A DNA stretch of 64,000 bases from Sminthopsis crassicaudata (GCF_048593235.1 NC_133621.1:2024525-2088524); one strand, 5' to 3'. Positions 26,501 through 40,237 are shown, numbered from the stretch's first letter. Notes: generated by a model from the letters alone, not told the origin. Translations and numbers: made by a program.

Positions 26501-27869
26501 TCTTTAAAAATTTGGTCTCATTGTTTCTCAGTAATTAAGGAGCTCAGATTGTATGCTGCTGCCAAGGCAACAGTTTTCCCCTTATCCTTTTCCTTGAGAG
26601 GATGAATTTTTATCAATAGAATAATTCTGAAAACTTAGAGTCAATTATTTGGCTTTAGTCCACTTTCTCATGAGGAATTGACTATTTAAATAAGTCAAGT
26701 CTGTGAAGTTGTAATCATACAGTATTTTTTTCTCCTTTTCTTTTAATTTGGTAATGATATTGACCTTTGATCTAACAGTCAATTACATGACTGTGCCTGG
26801 ATAGCTCTTTCTGAAATGAATTATGTGAGAGAAGTTGACACACCCTGACCACTAGCAAGTGCCATGAGATAGTGAGCTTAAAGGAAGGACAATTGTGGTT
26901 GAATTTTTTTCTTTGAATAAACAGTTCAAAATAAAATTGTGCATGATTTAAAAATCTGCAATGAAAAACATCAAAGAAAATGTTCATTCATTTCATTTTA
27001 AGTATTGAGAACAATAATATATAACTCTCTTACCTCTTTCCACACTTTTTAGGTAATAGTATAATGATAGCTTTAACCCTTTGATTTGATTGGCACATGT
27101 TTGAAACCTATATTTTATCTCTTTTAATTATCTAAAGCCTTATTGTGGAAATCTCATGTATATTACTCAACACACATATGCTAAGATTGAAGGAGAAATG
27201 CATGCAGAGCATTCCATCACATTCTCAGTGCAACCTCCTAATGATTCAGCTAAGGACATTCTCTGGGCCCTTTTCCCAACTATCTCCTGCTGTGGTGTTT
27301 AGAAACATTTTAAAAATGATATTATAATTTGAGTAAGCAAAAAAATTTGAATTATGATTTTTCTTTGCATGTTAAAATCTCCATCTATTATTACACCTAC
27401 ACATTTATTTTCAAAGCCTCATTGCCATTGTATCAATTCCTCTATGTATTCATTAGTTTATCAATATTATAGTTCAAACAGCTCTGAGTTTATTATTTTT
27501 TGAAAACTGTGTATTAAAGCAAGAGGGGTTGATGCAACTAGAGCATATAATGTTAGAGAACAAAGAATGGGGAGATTAGTTTAATATTTGCATTTTTAGA
27601 GGAAATCCATTTTGATTCTATAGCCCCATTAGTGTTCACAATTTTTTTTAACAACTCTTAATACTTATTTTTCATGTCTATGCCTGAGAATATATAAGGG
27701 AATACAACTGCCTTGGTGTTCATGCCTGCAGTCTTCTAGAAGCAATGGGCAACCTTTGATCCCCCTGCTATTTTTTGTTCTTAACTTTTAATTTCTACCT
27801 TCTTCCATGTTTATTAATGTCTGCGTTTCCCAGTTTTCCAACATTCATTATTTTTTAATATTTTATTTT

Positions 27870-29100
27870 ATTTTTTTTATTATTATAACTTTTTATTGAC
27901 AGAACATATGCCTGGATAATTTTTACAACATTATCCCTTGCACTCACTTTTGTTCTGACTTTTCCCTTCCTTCCCACCACCAACTCCCTTAGATGGCAGG
28001 CAGTCTTATACATGATAAATATGTTATAGTGTATCCTAGATATGAGTGCAGAACTGCACAGTTCTCTTGTTACACAAGGAGAATTGGATTTGGAAGGTAA
28101 AAATAACCTGGGAAGAAAAACAAAAATGCAAACAGTTTATACTCATTTCCCAGTGTTCCTTCTCTGGGTGTAGCTGAGTCTGTCCATCACTGATCATTGG
28201 AACTGAATTAGTTCTTCTCTTTGTTGAAGATATCCACTTCCATCAGAATACATCCTCATACAGTATCATTGTTGAAGTGTATAATGATCTGGTTCTGCTC
28301 ATTTCACTTAGCATCAGTTCATGTAAGTCTCTCTAAGCCTCTCTGTATTCATCCTGGTGGTCATTTCTTACAGAGCAATAATATTCCATAACATTCATAT
28401 GCCACGATTTCTCCAACCATTCTCCTATTAATGGGCATTGATTCATTTTCCAGTTTCTAGCCACTACAAAAAGGGCTCCCACAAACATTTTGGCATAGGC
28501 AGGACTCTTTCCCTTCTTTAGCATCTCTTTGGGATATAAGCCCAGTAATAACACTGCAGGATCAAAGGGTATGCACAGTTTGATAACTTTTTGGGCATAA
28601 TTCCAGTTTGCCCTCCAGATTGGTTAGATTCATTCACAACTCCACCAACAATGCATCAGTATCCCAGTCTAACATTCATTATTATATTTTCCTGTGGTTG
28701 TAGCCAATCTGAGAGATGTGTAATGGTACCTCAGAGTTGTCTTAGTTTACATTTCTATGATCAATAATGATTTAGAACACTTTTTCATAGGACTAGAAAT
28801 GGTTTTTATTTCTTCATCTGAAAATTGTTCCTATCCTTTGATCATTTATCATTTGGAGAATGGCTTATATTCTCATAAATTTGAATCAATTCTCTATTTT
28901 AGAAATGAGACTTTCATCAAAACTCTTGGACGTAAATTTTCTTCTCATTTTAATTTTTTCCATTCTAATTTTGTGTGCACTGGTTTTGTTTATACAAAAC
29001 CTTTAAACTTACTGTAATAAAAATTATCCATTTTGCATTCCATAATGTACTTTAGTTCTTTCTTAGCTATGCATTCCTTTCCTCTCCACAGATCTGAGGG
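27870..29100 (-). mobile_element. 5'-truncated L1, about 1.2 kb
   Basis: Poly(T), ataactttttattgacagaac; ORF 28333-28554 (LLGLYPKEMLKKGK...KMFVGALFVVARNWK). Confidence 0.92.
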
Positions 29101-29479
29101 TACACTAGGGGCCAATTCTTAAAATGTTAGAAGGAGAAAAAGCTATCATGGGATTGAAAAAAATAGTCTTAGACTTTACTGAAATGAAAGTAAAGCAGAT
29201 GAGAGAACATCCATAATTCTAATCCATAGTTCAACTTTGATTTATTCAACATTTTTTTCAAGGGCCTATAATGTACCAGATGTTATAGCAATACGAGAAC
29301 AAAAGCAGAATAGTCTCTGTCCTCAAAGAGCTTGTGTCCTCATGGGGAGAGGTTACTATGCATCCAGAAAAACAAAATCATAATAATTACAGAGTAAAAG
29401 CCAAATATTTTCCAAGAAAATGACAAGAGGAACTGGCTGGGAGATTGCTGGAAGAGGACAAAGTTGGGCTTTTTTGGTG

Positions 29480-29690
29480 ACAACTTAATATAGTGGATAG
29501 AAACAAAGTCAGGAAGACCACAATTCTAATTCTGTCTCAGACACTAGTTAATTGCAAGATTGGGGAAGTTGTTCAACATCTCTATGCTTCAGTTTCCTCA
29601 TCTGTAAAATGGGGTAATAATAACCTCATACAGTTATTATAAAGTTTGAATTGCATTATCTATGTAAATAATTTTGCTAATCTCAACATG
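29480..29690 (+). mobile_element. MIR
   Basis: aatatagtggatagaaac...tctatgcttcagtttcctcatctgtaaaatgggg. Confidence 0.8.
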
Positions 29691-29948
29691 AGTTATTGTT
29701 GACATTATTCTGGAAGCAAGTATCCCTTACTGAGCTTTGAAGAAAACTAGGAATCTTATGAGGAAGAAGGAGGAAAAAAGGAATACAAAGCAGGGAGCAC
29801 AAATTAAGCAAAGGTATTGAGGCAGAACATGAAATATTGTGTGTGGCAACTGGTAAATTTCTTGCTTGGGATGGAATGTAGTTTGAGTATGAGAGTAATG
29901 TTAACAATGCTGGCAAAAGAAACTAGATCAGAAGGTGACAGATTTAAG

Positions 29949-30102
29949 NNNNNNNNNNNNNNNNNNNNNNNNNNNNNNNNNNNNNNNNNNNNNNNNNNNN
30001 NNNNNNNNNNNNNNNNNNNNNNNNNNNNNNNNNNNNNNNNNNNNNNNNNNNNNNNNNNNNNNNNNNNNNNNNNNNNNNNNNNNNNNNNNNNNNNNNNNNN
30101 NN
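29949..30102. other. Assembly gap
   Basis: Run of N. Confidence 1.
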
Positions 30103-31489
30103 GATGAAGGAATTCAATTTCACCAGAAAGTTTTTCAAAGGAGATATCAGAGTACACCACATTTTTATTATCATAGTATTCATTAAAAGAGATAGAAGAT
30201 ACAAGATGCTCTGTAATAAAAAAATCTAAAGAACAAAATATTGCTTTCAGTACTATGACCCACTGTCTATCTCAATACATACAAAAATGCAACATTTATG
30301 AAAGGATGACAATAGGTATTTTGATAAATTTTAAATCTTTAATCTCAAACAAGGCATATAAATAGTACCTGAATGCTCACTATGGGTGCTCACCATTGTC
30401 TTGGAGTAATTCTAGCACAAAGTTTATATGCAATGGGATTCTCAATAATTAATGACATTTCTCAGCTGTTTCTCCTTAGAGATGACATTTTGTGGATTTC
30501 ATCAATCTCCTGAACATATGTGATTTACTGTAAATCGTTTAACCTAACTATTCACATAGTGGAAAATCAGAAAAATAACAGGTCAAAATATGCATTTTCC
30601 AAGTATTGATGACATGCATTTAAAAGGTCAATGAATGTATAGTTCAAGAGGAATCAGCATATATGCATTTAAATATGTATATCTACTGGACTGCCATCAA
30701 AAGGGGATAAAAAGGTAGAACCAAGTGAATAAAAGGAGAAGACAAAGTTTAGTTCAAGTTTATAAATTGCATAATTATTTTACTCCTAAGGTTCTGCCTA
30801 AAATTTAAAAATTAATCCTAACATCCCCATGATAATCTTAATGCTGCTTTTACTACTCCTCCTTCTCCTTCTCCTTCTCCTTCTCCTCTTACTACTACTC
30901 TTATGATGTTAATGTATTGCAGCTAGCCATGGCATTCTGCAGTCTTTGCCTTGAAACTTAATTGCTGAAATAATACTAGAAAGCTACTATGTGGGAGTCA
31001 GTAGGTTGTAATACATCATAAATAAACAATTATTGAGGAGTGATATAAGGATATTATCAAAAGAATGAATGATCAAAATAGAATAATATGAATAGAGTAA
31101 CTGGTAAACATAATAGTTCTGCATTGGTACTCTCATGATGTAAAGAGAAATTAAGGAAGTCTTAATCATGTGTAATCAATTCTCTACAATTAAATTTTGG
31201 GAGGAATTTCAGAAAAAGCAAACAGAATGGCAAAGTATGGATAAGTTATGTTATGTCCCTCCACTACAGGCTTTCTTTCTGACTGTCATTCCCTTTGTGA
31301 AATGTTATTCCTCCTTGATTCTGACTATTCATCTTCCAAACATTTTTAAAGTCTTAAATAAAAGCCTTTGGAACTCCTTTTAAAACCAACACTTTTCCTC
31401 TATTTAAAAAAAAAAAATCATCCTGTTTATAGCCTGCTTTGTATAATTTATCATGTTGTTTTTCCTCATTCCCTGAAGGAAAATACTGT

Positions 31490-31850
31490 CTTTTATCCTT
31501 TTTTTCATCCCTAGAACTTAACACAGGGCCTGGAATATAATAAGTACTTAACAAATGTTTATTAAATTGATTTGATTCATTGGAATAATAATGTAATTGG
31601 AAAGATAGATGACAGAAAGAAATAGACAGATACATAGGCAGAATGTTTATTGAGCACTCAAAGCTTACCAGACATTAGACTAAACACTAAATATATGGAT
31701 ATAAGCAAATAAAGTAGTCTTTATTCTGGAGAAGCATACAGTTTCATGGGGGAAAACACGTGGAGAAAAGCTACACAGAAGAGGAAGACATGGAGACTGG
31801 GAAGGGAAAGATACACAGGATAGGTAAAAATATCTTATAAGTAGGACAGT
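31490..31850. mobile_element. Two L2 3' ends, tail to tail
   Basis: Plus tail cttaacacagggcctggaatataataagtacttaacaaatgtttatt, then minus tail aatgtttattgagcactc. Confidence 0.6.
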
Positions 31851-32654
31851 TAAATATAAGTTTGTAAAATTTGAGATAAATTTCTGAGGAAATGGATCAG
31901 GTCTGGCCATTTCTGAAATGTTTCCAAAAGCAGTTATTTGTCATCCAGAGTGAAACTTCAGGGGATGAGTTTTTCTACTCCATAGCATCTACTATAGACA
32001 GCATTTGGCAAAGAAGAAAAAGAGGGTGTCCAGAGAGTTTAATTGTGAGTGAAGATAAGTTTCATTTGACTATCTGGCTTGTTTTATTATTGATGATACT
32101 TTAAATAAGGATGAATATAACTGAAATTTCACTCATTGACTTCAAGTACATTCAAGTCTTCAAAGGGATTGATTTAGTTAATTTTATTTAAACTTAACAA
32201 TGGCTTTAAATGGAATTGCCACAAGATGTACAGTCCTTTTACTTATTTGGTTTGGTTATTTAATTACAAATAAAGAAACTGAGACTCAGAGAGGTAAGAT
32301 GACTTGCATATCACAGTGCTAATAAATGCCTTAGGCAACATTTGAATCCTGTCTTCAAGAAAGCATATTGACTCTGTGATCCATGAAATTCTCTCATATG
32401 ATACTCCTTTATTTGTCTCTTTCAGTCATAATTTTTTTTTGTTCTTTTTTTCCCCCCTCAGAGGTTGAGATCCTTGCTAGAGCTTTCTTTGGATATTCCT
32501 GAGGCATAATGCATTGCTTTCTAATTCCTCACATAAATATTGGATTAATCTTATTTGTTAATTAAAAGTATCTTCATAAGAAATAACAAATTAGTTATTT
32601 TTTCCTTCTACTCCATTTGGTGTTTTTCCATTTCATAGATTAGTTCTTCTATAT

Positions 32655-32752
32655 CAGCTGTGGAGTAAGGAGAACCTGAGTTTAAATCCAGCTTCATAGA
32701 CTTAATATTTACTTTGTGACCCTGTGCAAATCTCTTAATCCAAACTGCCACA
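32655..32752 (+). mobile_element. WSINE1-like CORE-SINE cut by a gap
   Basis: ggagtaaggagaacctgagtttaaatccagcttcatagac...gtgaccctgtgcaaatctcttaatccaaactgcc. Confidence 0.65.
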
Positions 32753-32957
32753 NNNNNNNNNNNNNNNNNNNNNNNNNNNNNNNNNNNNNNNNNNNNNNNN
32801 NNNNNNNNNNNNNNNNNNNNNNNNNNNNNNNNNNNNNNNNNNNNNNNNNNNNNNNNNNNNNNNNNNNNNNNNNNNNNNNNNNNNNNNNNNNNNNNNNNNN
32901 NNNNNNNNNNNNNNNNNNNNNNNNNNNNNNNNNNNNNNNNNNNNNNNNNNNNNNNNN
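32753..32957. other. Assembly gap
   Basis: Run of N. Confidence 1.
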
Positions 32958-33114
32958 GTCACTATTGGTTTTGTTTTGTTTTGGTTTGGTTTTAGTTTTT
33001 TTCCTAATCCAAAAATATTCCCATAAAAGTACACCTCTGGGGCTTCCCTTGGAAACTACTGAGTGGATCCATTGCCAGTGAAGATCTACCTATTTGAAAC
33101 TTGTGAACTCACTA

Positions 33115-33995
33115 CTTGATAAAAATTGCTGGGAAAATTAGAAACTAGTATGGCATAAAGAAGGAACTGACTCACACCTGGCATCATATACCAAGAAAAG
33201 GTTGAAATGGGTTTATAATGTAGATATAAAGAGTGATATAATAAGCAAATTAGAAGAACATAGGATAATTTACCTCTCAGATCTGTGGAGAAGGAACAAA
33301 GAAGAGTTGGAGTTCATTATTGAACACAAAATAGATAATTTTGACTTTATTAAGTTAAAAAGTTTTTGCATAAATAAAACTAATACAGACAAGATTAGAA
33401 GGGAAACCATAAACTGGGAAACATTTTCATATATAAGGGTTTTAATATAAGTCTCATTTCTAAAATATATAGATAATGGACTCAAATTTATAAGAATTCA
33501 AGCAATTCTCCAATTGATAAATGATCAAAGAATACGAACCAGAAAATATTCAGCTGATGAAATTAAAACCATTTAATATGAAAAGGTGCTCCAAATCACT
33601 ATTGACCAGAGAAATGTTAATTAAAACAACTCTGAGATAACACTATACACCTCTCAGGTTGACTAAGATGACAAGAAAAGATAATGCCAAATGTTGAAGA
33701 GGATGTGGGAAAACTACATTGTTGGTGGAGTTGTGAATGGATCCAGCCATTCTGGAGAGCAATTTGGAACTATGCTCAAAAAGTTATCAAACTGTGCATA
33801 CTGTTTGATCCAGCAGTGTTTTTATTTGGCTCATATCCCAAAGAGATCTTAAAGGACGGAAAGGGCCCCACATGAGCAAAAATGTTTGTGGCAGCCTTTT
33901 CATAGAGGCGAGAAACTGGAAGTTGAGTGGGTGCCCATCAGTTAGAAAATGGCTGAATAAATTATGGTATATGAATGTTATGGGATAATATATAC

Positions 33996-34027
<32 letters not shown>

Positions 34028-34945
34028 ATTATATAGAATATATATTCTATAAGGATTCAAGGGATTATTGTATACAGCAACAACAAAATTATGAGATGAT
34101 CAATTGTGATGGAAGTGGCTCTTTTCAACAGCAAAATGATCCAGGCCAATCCAATGATTTTGTGATGACAAGAAACATCTATACCCAGAGAGAGGACTGT
34201 GAGAACTGTGTGTGATTCACAACATAGCATTTTTATTCTTTTTGTTGTGGTTTGCTTGAATTTTATTTTCTTTCTCTTTTTTTTTCTTTTTTGATCTGAT
34301 TTTTCTTGTTCAGCAAGATTATTGTATAAATATGTATGCCTATATTGAACTTAACATATATATGTGTGTATATATAATAAAAAGTATATATATATATATA
34401 CACATATACATATATATACTTTTAATTAAAGCTTTTTATTTTTCAAAACATATGCATCAATAATTCTGTGATATTTACCCTTGAAAAACCTTGTGTTTCA
34501 ATTTCTCCACCCCCTTTGCCCACCCCTCCAATATATTTTAAACATGGTCAAAATATATGTTAAATCTAATATATGCTTACATATTTATACAACTATTTTG
34601 CTGCACAAGAAAAAATCACATCAGAGCAGAAAAAAATAGAGAAAATAAAATGCGAGCAAACAACAACAAAAAAAGAGTGAAAAGTCTATGTTATGAAACA
34701 CACAGTTCCCACAGTCCTCTCTTTGGATGCAAATGGCTCTCTTCACCACAAGATCATTGGAATTAGTCTGAATCATCTCATTTATTTAATATATACTTTT
34801 ATTATGTTTATATGGATTACTTACCATTTAGGGGAGTGGTTGGGGGAAATTGAAGCACAAGGTTTTTCAAAGATCACTGTTGAAAAATTATCCTTGCATA
34901 TGTTTTGAAAAAAAAAAAACTTCAATTAAGAGAAAAAAAAAAAAA
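33115..34945 (+). mobile_element. L1 3' ORF2 plus 3'UTR, interrupted at 34424-34788
   Basis: ORF 33202-33450 (KWVYNVDIK...KIDNFDFIKLKSFC); 3'UTR resumes at about 34800 and ends in an A tail. Confidence 0.9.
34424..34788 (-). mobile_element. L1 3' fragment nested antiparallel in an L1 3'UTR
   Basis: aattaaagctttttatttttcaaaacatatgc... flanked by atatatacttt direct repeats. Confidence 0.85.
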
Positions 34946-36304
34946 AAAACACATCCTCATTCCTTCTGTTAACTATAATTTACACCCTTGTCAAATATCC
35001 TGTTCCCACATGGAAGCTCTGATTGAAGTTCCAAATTTCAGTATAAGCTCTCACAACTTCCTACTATTTTCTAAACTCTGCTTAGAGATTAATCCACTTA
35101 CCTTTGCATCAATTAAGTGACAGTGACTACAAAAAAAGAAAGAAACTTGTAATTGGTCTGAATATGGTCCAGTGGGTCCATAACCAAGCTTAGGTGTAAA
35201 GGGGACAAGACATGTTCATGTTTTATGACTCTGTGATTAAAAAAATATATATTTTTCATGATTGGATTTCTGTCTTTCCACTTGCTTTTTTGCATTGTCT
35301 TTTTCTTCTCTGGTTTGGTTTATCTAACTTGAGATATGCTGCCAGGACATCTTCTTGCCCTGCTGCCATACTTAAAACTTCTTAGATCTTTGAAAGACCA
35401 ACTTTTCCATGTCTATGAAGACCCCTTTGGTATTACCAAGAAAAATGATTTGCATCCTTTTACCTGACTGGAATGTCAATATCAACTCCTTTTCTGATGA
35501 GAAAGGAAGCAAAGAAAACTACAAGCAATGATCTCTTGGAAACAATAAAAGAAGACTCAACATCACTTTTCCATGGAAAAACATCATGACACCATCTACA
35601 AAATGCACCACAATTGCAATGCCTTTGAAGTTCTGAATGAATTGATAGAAAAATTAATTATTGAACTCTAGTGTCATGTGATTCTCCTAGAAGGATAGTT
35701 TCAGAAATTAGCCAAAGTTAACAAGGCTAGTGGTTGGTAATCATAGTTCCACATCTCAAGGATATGTGGCTGATTGGTGAGGGTATTAGTTGGTTAAAAA
35801 AGTATTAATTTATGTAACCAGTTACAGAGCTAAACATTGGCAATACAAAGATAGACAAACTACAAAATGCAAATCAAAATTCCTCAGCAGGCATTGACTG
35901 ATGTTTTTCCCAATTCTGTGCCTAGAAAAAAAAATCACTTTGCCACTAATCTGATTACACAACTATTTCTGAATTTATGGAGCCTGCACTTTGACTGAAA
36001 GATTGGCAGTTTGTTCTGTGGTCCATGCAGAAAATCTTCCTACATAGTATGGTTTTCTAAAGATCACTACTACCTGGTAAAGCCTGCTTGGATTAAGAAC
36101 TGTTTCTCTTTCTCTTTTGTAGGTGGACATTAGATGATGCTTGGTTTGGTTAAAAGACAGACAGAAAGATTGAAAGATAGAAGACACAGACAATATCTTG
36201 GGTGTGAATGGAGATTTAAGAATTTTTAAAACTCAGTCTATATTGTGATCCATTTTTGATACTTTCCCTCAACTCTAAGAAGTCTTCTAGATACTTGTTC
36301 TGTA

Positions 36305-36386
36305 GTTTTTGCAAGGGTCAATGTTGAAAAATTACCCATGAATATGTTTTGTATATAAAAAGATATAATAAAAAATTAAAAAAAAT
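36305..36386 (+). mobile_element. About 80-bp L1 3' terminus
   Basis: ttttgcaagggtcaatgttgaaaaattacccatgaatatgttttgtatataaaaagatataataaaaaa; atacttgt occurs on both sides. Confidence 0.8.
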
Positions 36387-36799
36387 ACTTGTGTGCTGCA
36401 ATCTAAAACTCCATCCCTGACTTCCCAAATGCCACTTTCCTGAGGCTTTTCACACTCCTAATTTTGCAGTAGTAGCAACTGAGATAAATTGCTGTTTGTT
36501 ATGTTTTTAAAAATAACTCTATTAGCTATTCAGTTGCCCAACTCAAAAGAGTAAAATGGTTTATTTCAAATTAAAAAAAGGAAGGATGAGCAAAATTATT
36601 TCTTTTCTCTTTTGCAGCTGCAGAACACATTCCACATCAAAGGGTTCTACCCTTGTGATGAAGGCAAGAGTTGAGTCTGGATTACAAGTGATTAGGTTTA
36701 GGATTAGATTATTAGAAACTATGTGAGAATCTTGGACAAGTGGCCTAATGAATCAGTCATTGGTTTTGATATTTGAAATGGTATATTCTTATAGGATGC

Positions 36800-37400
36800 A
36801 ATGAATCAAATAGTTGTAAATATATATGCACATATATGTGTATGTATATACATGGGTATATATAGACTACCTACATGTGTATATATGCACACACACATTT
36901 TTACATTGCTTTCATTTCCCCTGTATCCCTCTTCATCTCTCAGCACAGAGAATCATTCCATATAAGAAAAAATATTTTAAAAGAAAATTAATCATCAAAA
37001 TCAATCATTAAATTGAAAAAATCTGAAAATATATATCTTTGAGCATCTTCTGAAAATGATCAGGGGGTAGATCTAGTTCATATTTCTGTGGTTTCTTTGG
37101 GACCAAGATTATTCTTTGTAATTTTTCTATTTTGATTGTTTCATAGTTGTTGCTCTTACGATTTATGTTGTATTCATTACATGTGTGTATTTGGTTCTTC
37201 TTTCATCACTCTGCATCAATTCATGTAAGTCTTCCCATGCTTTTCTATATTATCCTACTAATTGTTTCTCAAAATTTAGTGACATGTTATTGAATTTATA
37301 TATAATGATTTACTTAGCTTTTTCCAAATTGATAGGCATCTACATTGTTTCCAGTTCATTGACATTAGTAAAGGTGCTATTATAAATATTTTGTTTATAA
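36800..37400 (-). mobile_element. Old L1 3'UTR/ORF2 end
   Basis: tcatcactctgcatcaattcatgtaagtcttcccatgc...ccaaattgataggcatctacattgtttccagttc. Confidence 0.7.
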
Positions 37401-37759
37401 TATATTTCTTTTAAAGGGGAAGGCTAATAGAAGGGGAAAAGAAAGTAATAGGGAAAAGGGATAAGAAAGGGGAAAGGACTCTAAAGGGGGAGTGCTGTTT
37501 GAGGGAGGTGGTGATCAGAAGCAAAATACAGGGATGGAAGGAAGGGAGAAAGGAAATAGAAAAGCATAACTTAGGGTAAATAAAATGGCAGGAAATACAG
37601 AATTAGTTATTTTAATTGTGAATGGGGGGGTAAACTCTCCCATAAAATAGAAGCAACCAGAATCCTATAATACACTGTTTACAAGAAACACTTTTAAAGT
37701 AGAGTGATACATGCAGAGTGAAGGTAAAGGGCTGGGACAGAATCTATTATGCTTCAGGT

Positions 37760-37790
<31 letters not shown>

Positions 37791-40135
37791 CAAAAAAAAA
37801 ACAAACAAAAACAAAACAAACAAACAAAAAAAAACAACACAGGGAGTAGCAATCCTGAACTCAGACCAAGTAAAAACAAAGGTAGATAGATAAGGAAAAA
37901 ACTATATCTTACTAAGGAGTACCATAGCTAATGGAGCAATATCAATGCCAAACATATGTGCACCAAGTGGTATAGAATCCAAATTCCTAGAGGAGAAGTT
38001 GAGAGATGCAAAAAGAAATAAACAGCAAATTTATATGATTGGGGGATATCAACCTTGCTCTCTCAGAACTAGATAAATTGAACTACAAAATAAATAAGAA
38101 AGAAGTTAAGGAGGTAAACAGAGTGTTAGGAAAGTTAATTATGCTAGATCTTTGGAGAAAATTGAATGGAAACAGAAAGGAATTTGCTTTTTTCTTAGCT
38201 GTTTATGGAACCTATGCAAAAACTGACCATGTGTTAGGACATAAAAACCTCAAAATCAAATGCATAAAGGCAGAAATAGTAAATGCATTTTTTTTTTAGA
38301 TCATGATGCAATAGAAACCATTTGCAATAAAAGGCCAGGAGAAAATGGACCAAAAATTAATTGGAAATTAATTTAATACTAAAGAATGAATGAATGAAAC
38401 AACAAATCATGGATACAATCAATAACTTCATCCAAGAGAATGAGAATAATGAGATAATATATCAAAATTTGTGGGATGCAGCCAAAGTGATTATTAGGGA
38501 AAATTTTATATTTTACACAATTACAAAACACTTTCCACACAAATAAAATCAGATGTAATCAGTTGGAAAAATATTAAATGCCTGTGCTAGGAGGACCAAG
38601 CAAATATAATAAACATGACAATATTGCCTAAGTTAATCTACTTATTTAGTATCATATTAATCAAACTCCCAGGAAATTATTTTAAAGACCTAGAAAAAAG
38701 AGTAACAAAGTTCATTTGGAAGGGCATGTCAAGAATTTCAAGAGAATTAATGAAAAAAAAATGCCAGTGAAAGTGGCCACTCTGTGTCAGACACACTATA
38801 TTATAAAGCAGTGGTCATCAAAACCATTTGGTATTGGCTAAGAAATAGAATAGTCAATCAGGGGAATAGGTTAGGTGTAATGGGCTAGAACTCTGGAGAA
38901 ATATACTTAGGCAAAGATTCTTACAACAAGGTGTTAACTCAGTAGAATTGATAAGACAATGGTTATCTAGTTTAGCATGGTGATTAATAGTTCTCTAGTT
39001 CAGTATGATTGAATTAATCTTACAACAAATAAGTGATATAATGATTGGCTTATGTTCAGTATGATGAATGAATTTAATTTTAATAGAGTATTTAAAAGGT
39101 CAGAATCGGATCTAGAGGGCAGATCAAACAGACTCAGAGACAGACTCAGAGAAGACAGAAGACTGGAGGCTGGAGCTGGCTGGCCAAGGCCTGTCTGAAG
39201 AACCTGCAGAAAGCTAGCCGAGTCCCAGGCAAGGAGACAGACTGTGAAGGATACTATAAAGACTTTTGGACTTTATCACCTGGCTATTCTTGTGGTGATT
39301 ACTCAGCTGAAATGAAGGCTGGTCCTAAGACTTCCAGAAAACTAATCAGAACATTACAGTTAGGGTCACAGGAAAAAAGTCAATAATTATAGGAATCTAG
39401 TGTTTGATAAACCCAAAGGCCCCAGCTTTTGGAATAAGAACTCAGTATTTGATAAAACCTGCTGGGAAAATTGGAAACTAATAAGGAAGAAACTAGGCAT
39501 TGGCCCGCACCTACCACTATGTACCAAGATAAGGTCTAAATGGGTTCATAATTTAGACATAGAGAGTGATATAAGCAAATTAGAAGTACATAGGATTGTT
39601 TAACTCTCAGATCTGTGGAGAAGGAAGAAATTTGTTTCCAAAGAAGAACTATAACCCATAATTGAATATCAAATAGATTATTTTGATTAGATTAAGTGGA
39701 AAAAATTTTGTACAAACAAAACTAATGCAGACAAGATTAGAAGGGAAGTGATAAATTGGGAAAACATTTCATATTTAGGGTTTCTGATAAAGGCCTCATT
39801 TCTAAAATATATAGAGAATTGATTCATATTTATAAGAATTGAAGCCATGTTCCAATTGATAGTCAAAGGATATGAACAGATAATTTTCAGATGAAGAAAT
39901 TGAAACTATTTCTAATCATATGAAAAGGTTTTCTAAGTCACTATTGAGCAGAGAAATGCAAATTAGGAGAACTCAGAGATACCACTACACACATATCAGA
40001 TTGACTAAGATGATAGAAAAATAGAATGATGTTAGAGGGGATGTGGGAAAATTGGGACACTAATACATTGTTGGTGGAACTGTGAACGCTTCCAGCCATT
40101 CTGGCAACCAATTTGGGACTATGCTCAAAAAATTA
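37400..40135 (+). mobile_element. L1 spacer plus ORF2 with the RT region deleted and an LTR insertion
   Basis: ORF2 start ATGGCAGGAAATACAG at 37585; EN motifs in ORF 38039-38299 (GDINLALS...YGTYAKTDHVLGHK); jump at about 38512 to post-RT sequence (cacaattacaaaacactttcc). Confidence 0.9.
38876..39358 (+). mobile_element. Solo ERV LTR (483 bp) with 6-bp TSD GTTAGG
   Basis: Termini TGTAATG...CATTACA; GTTAGG at 38870-38875 and 39359-39364; TATA-like gtatttaaaag. Confidence 0.92.
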
Positions 40136-40233
40136 TCATCTGAAGCCATACTTGAACTCACAAAAATGAATCTTCCTAAATGCAGAGCTGATACCTTATA
40201 CATTGCATCACATATCGTGGGAGGGGTATATGT

Positions 40234-40237
<4 letters not shown>

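Noticed and set aside
38039-38299. L1 endonuclease ORF and other L1-derived ORFs as functional CDS
   Set aside because: Embedded in decayed elements with frameshifts, stops and a deleted RT.
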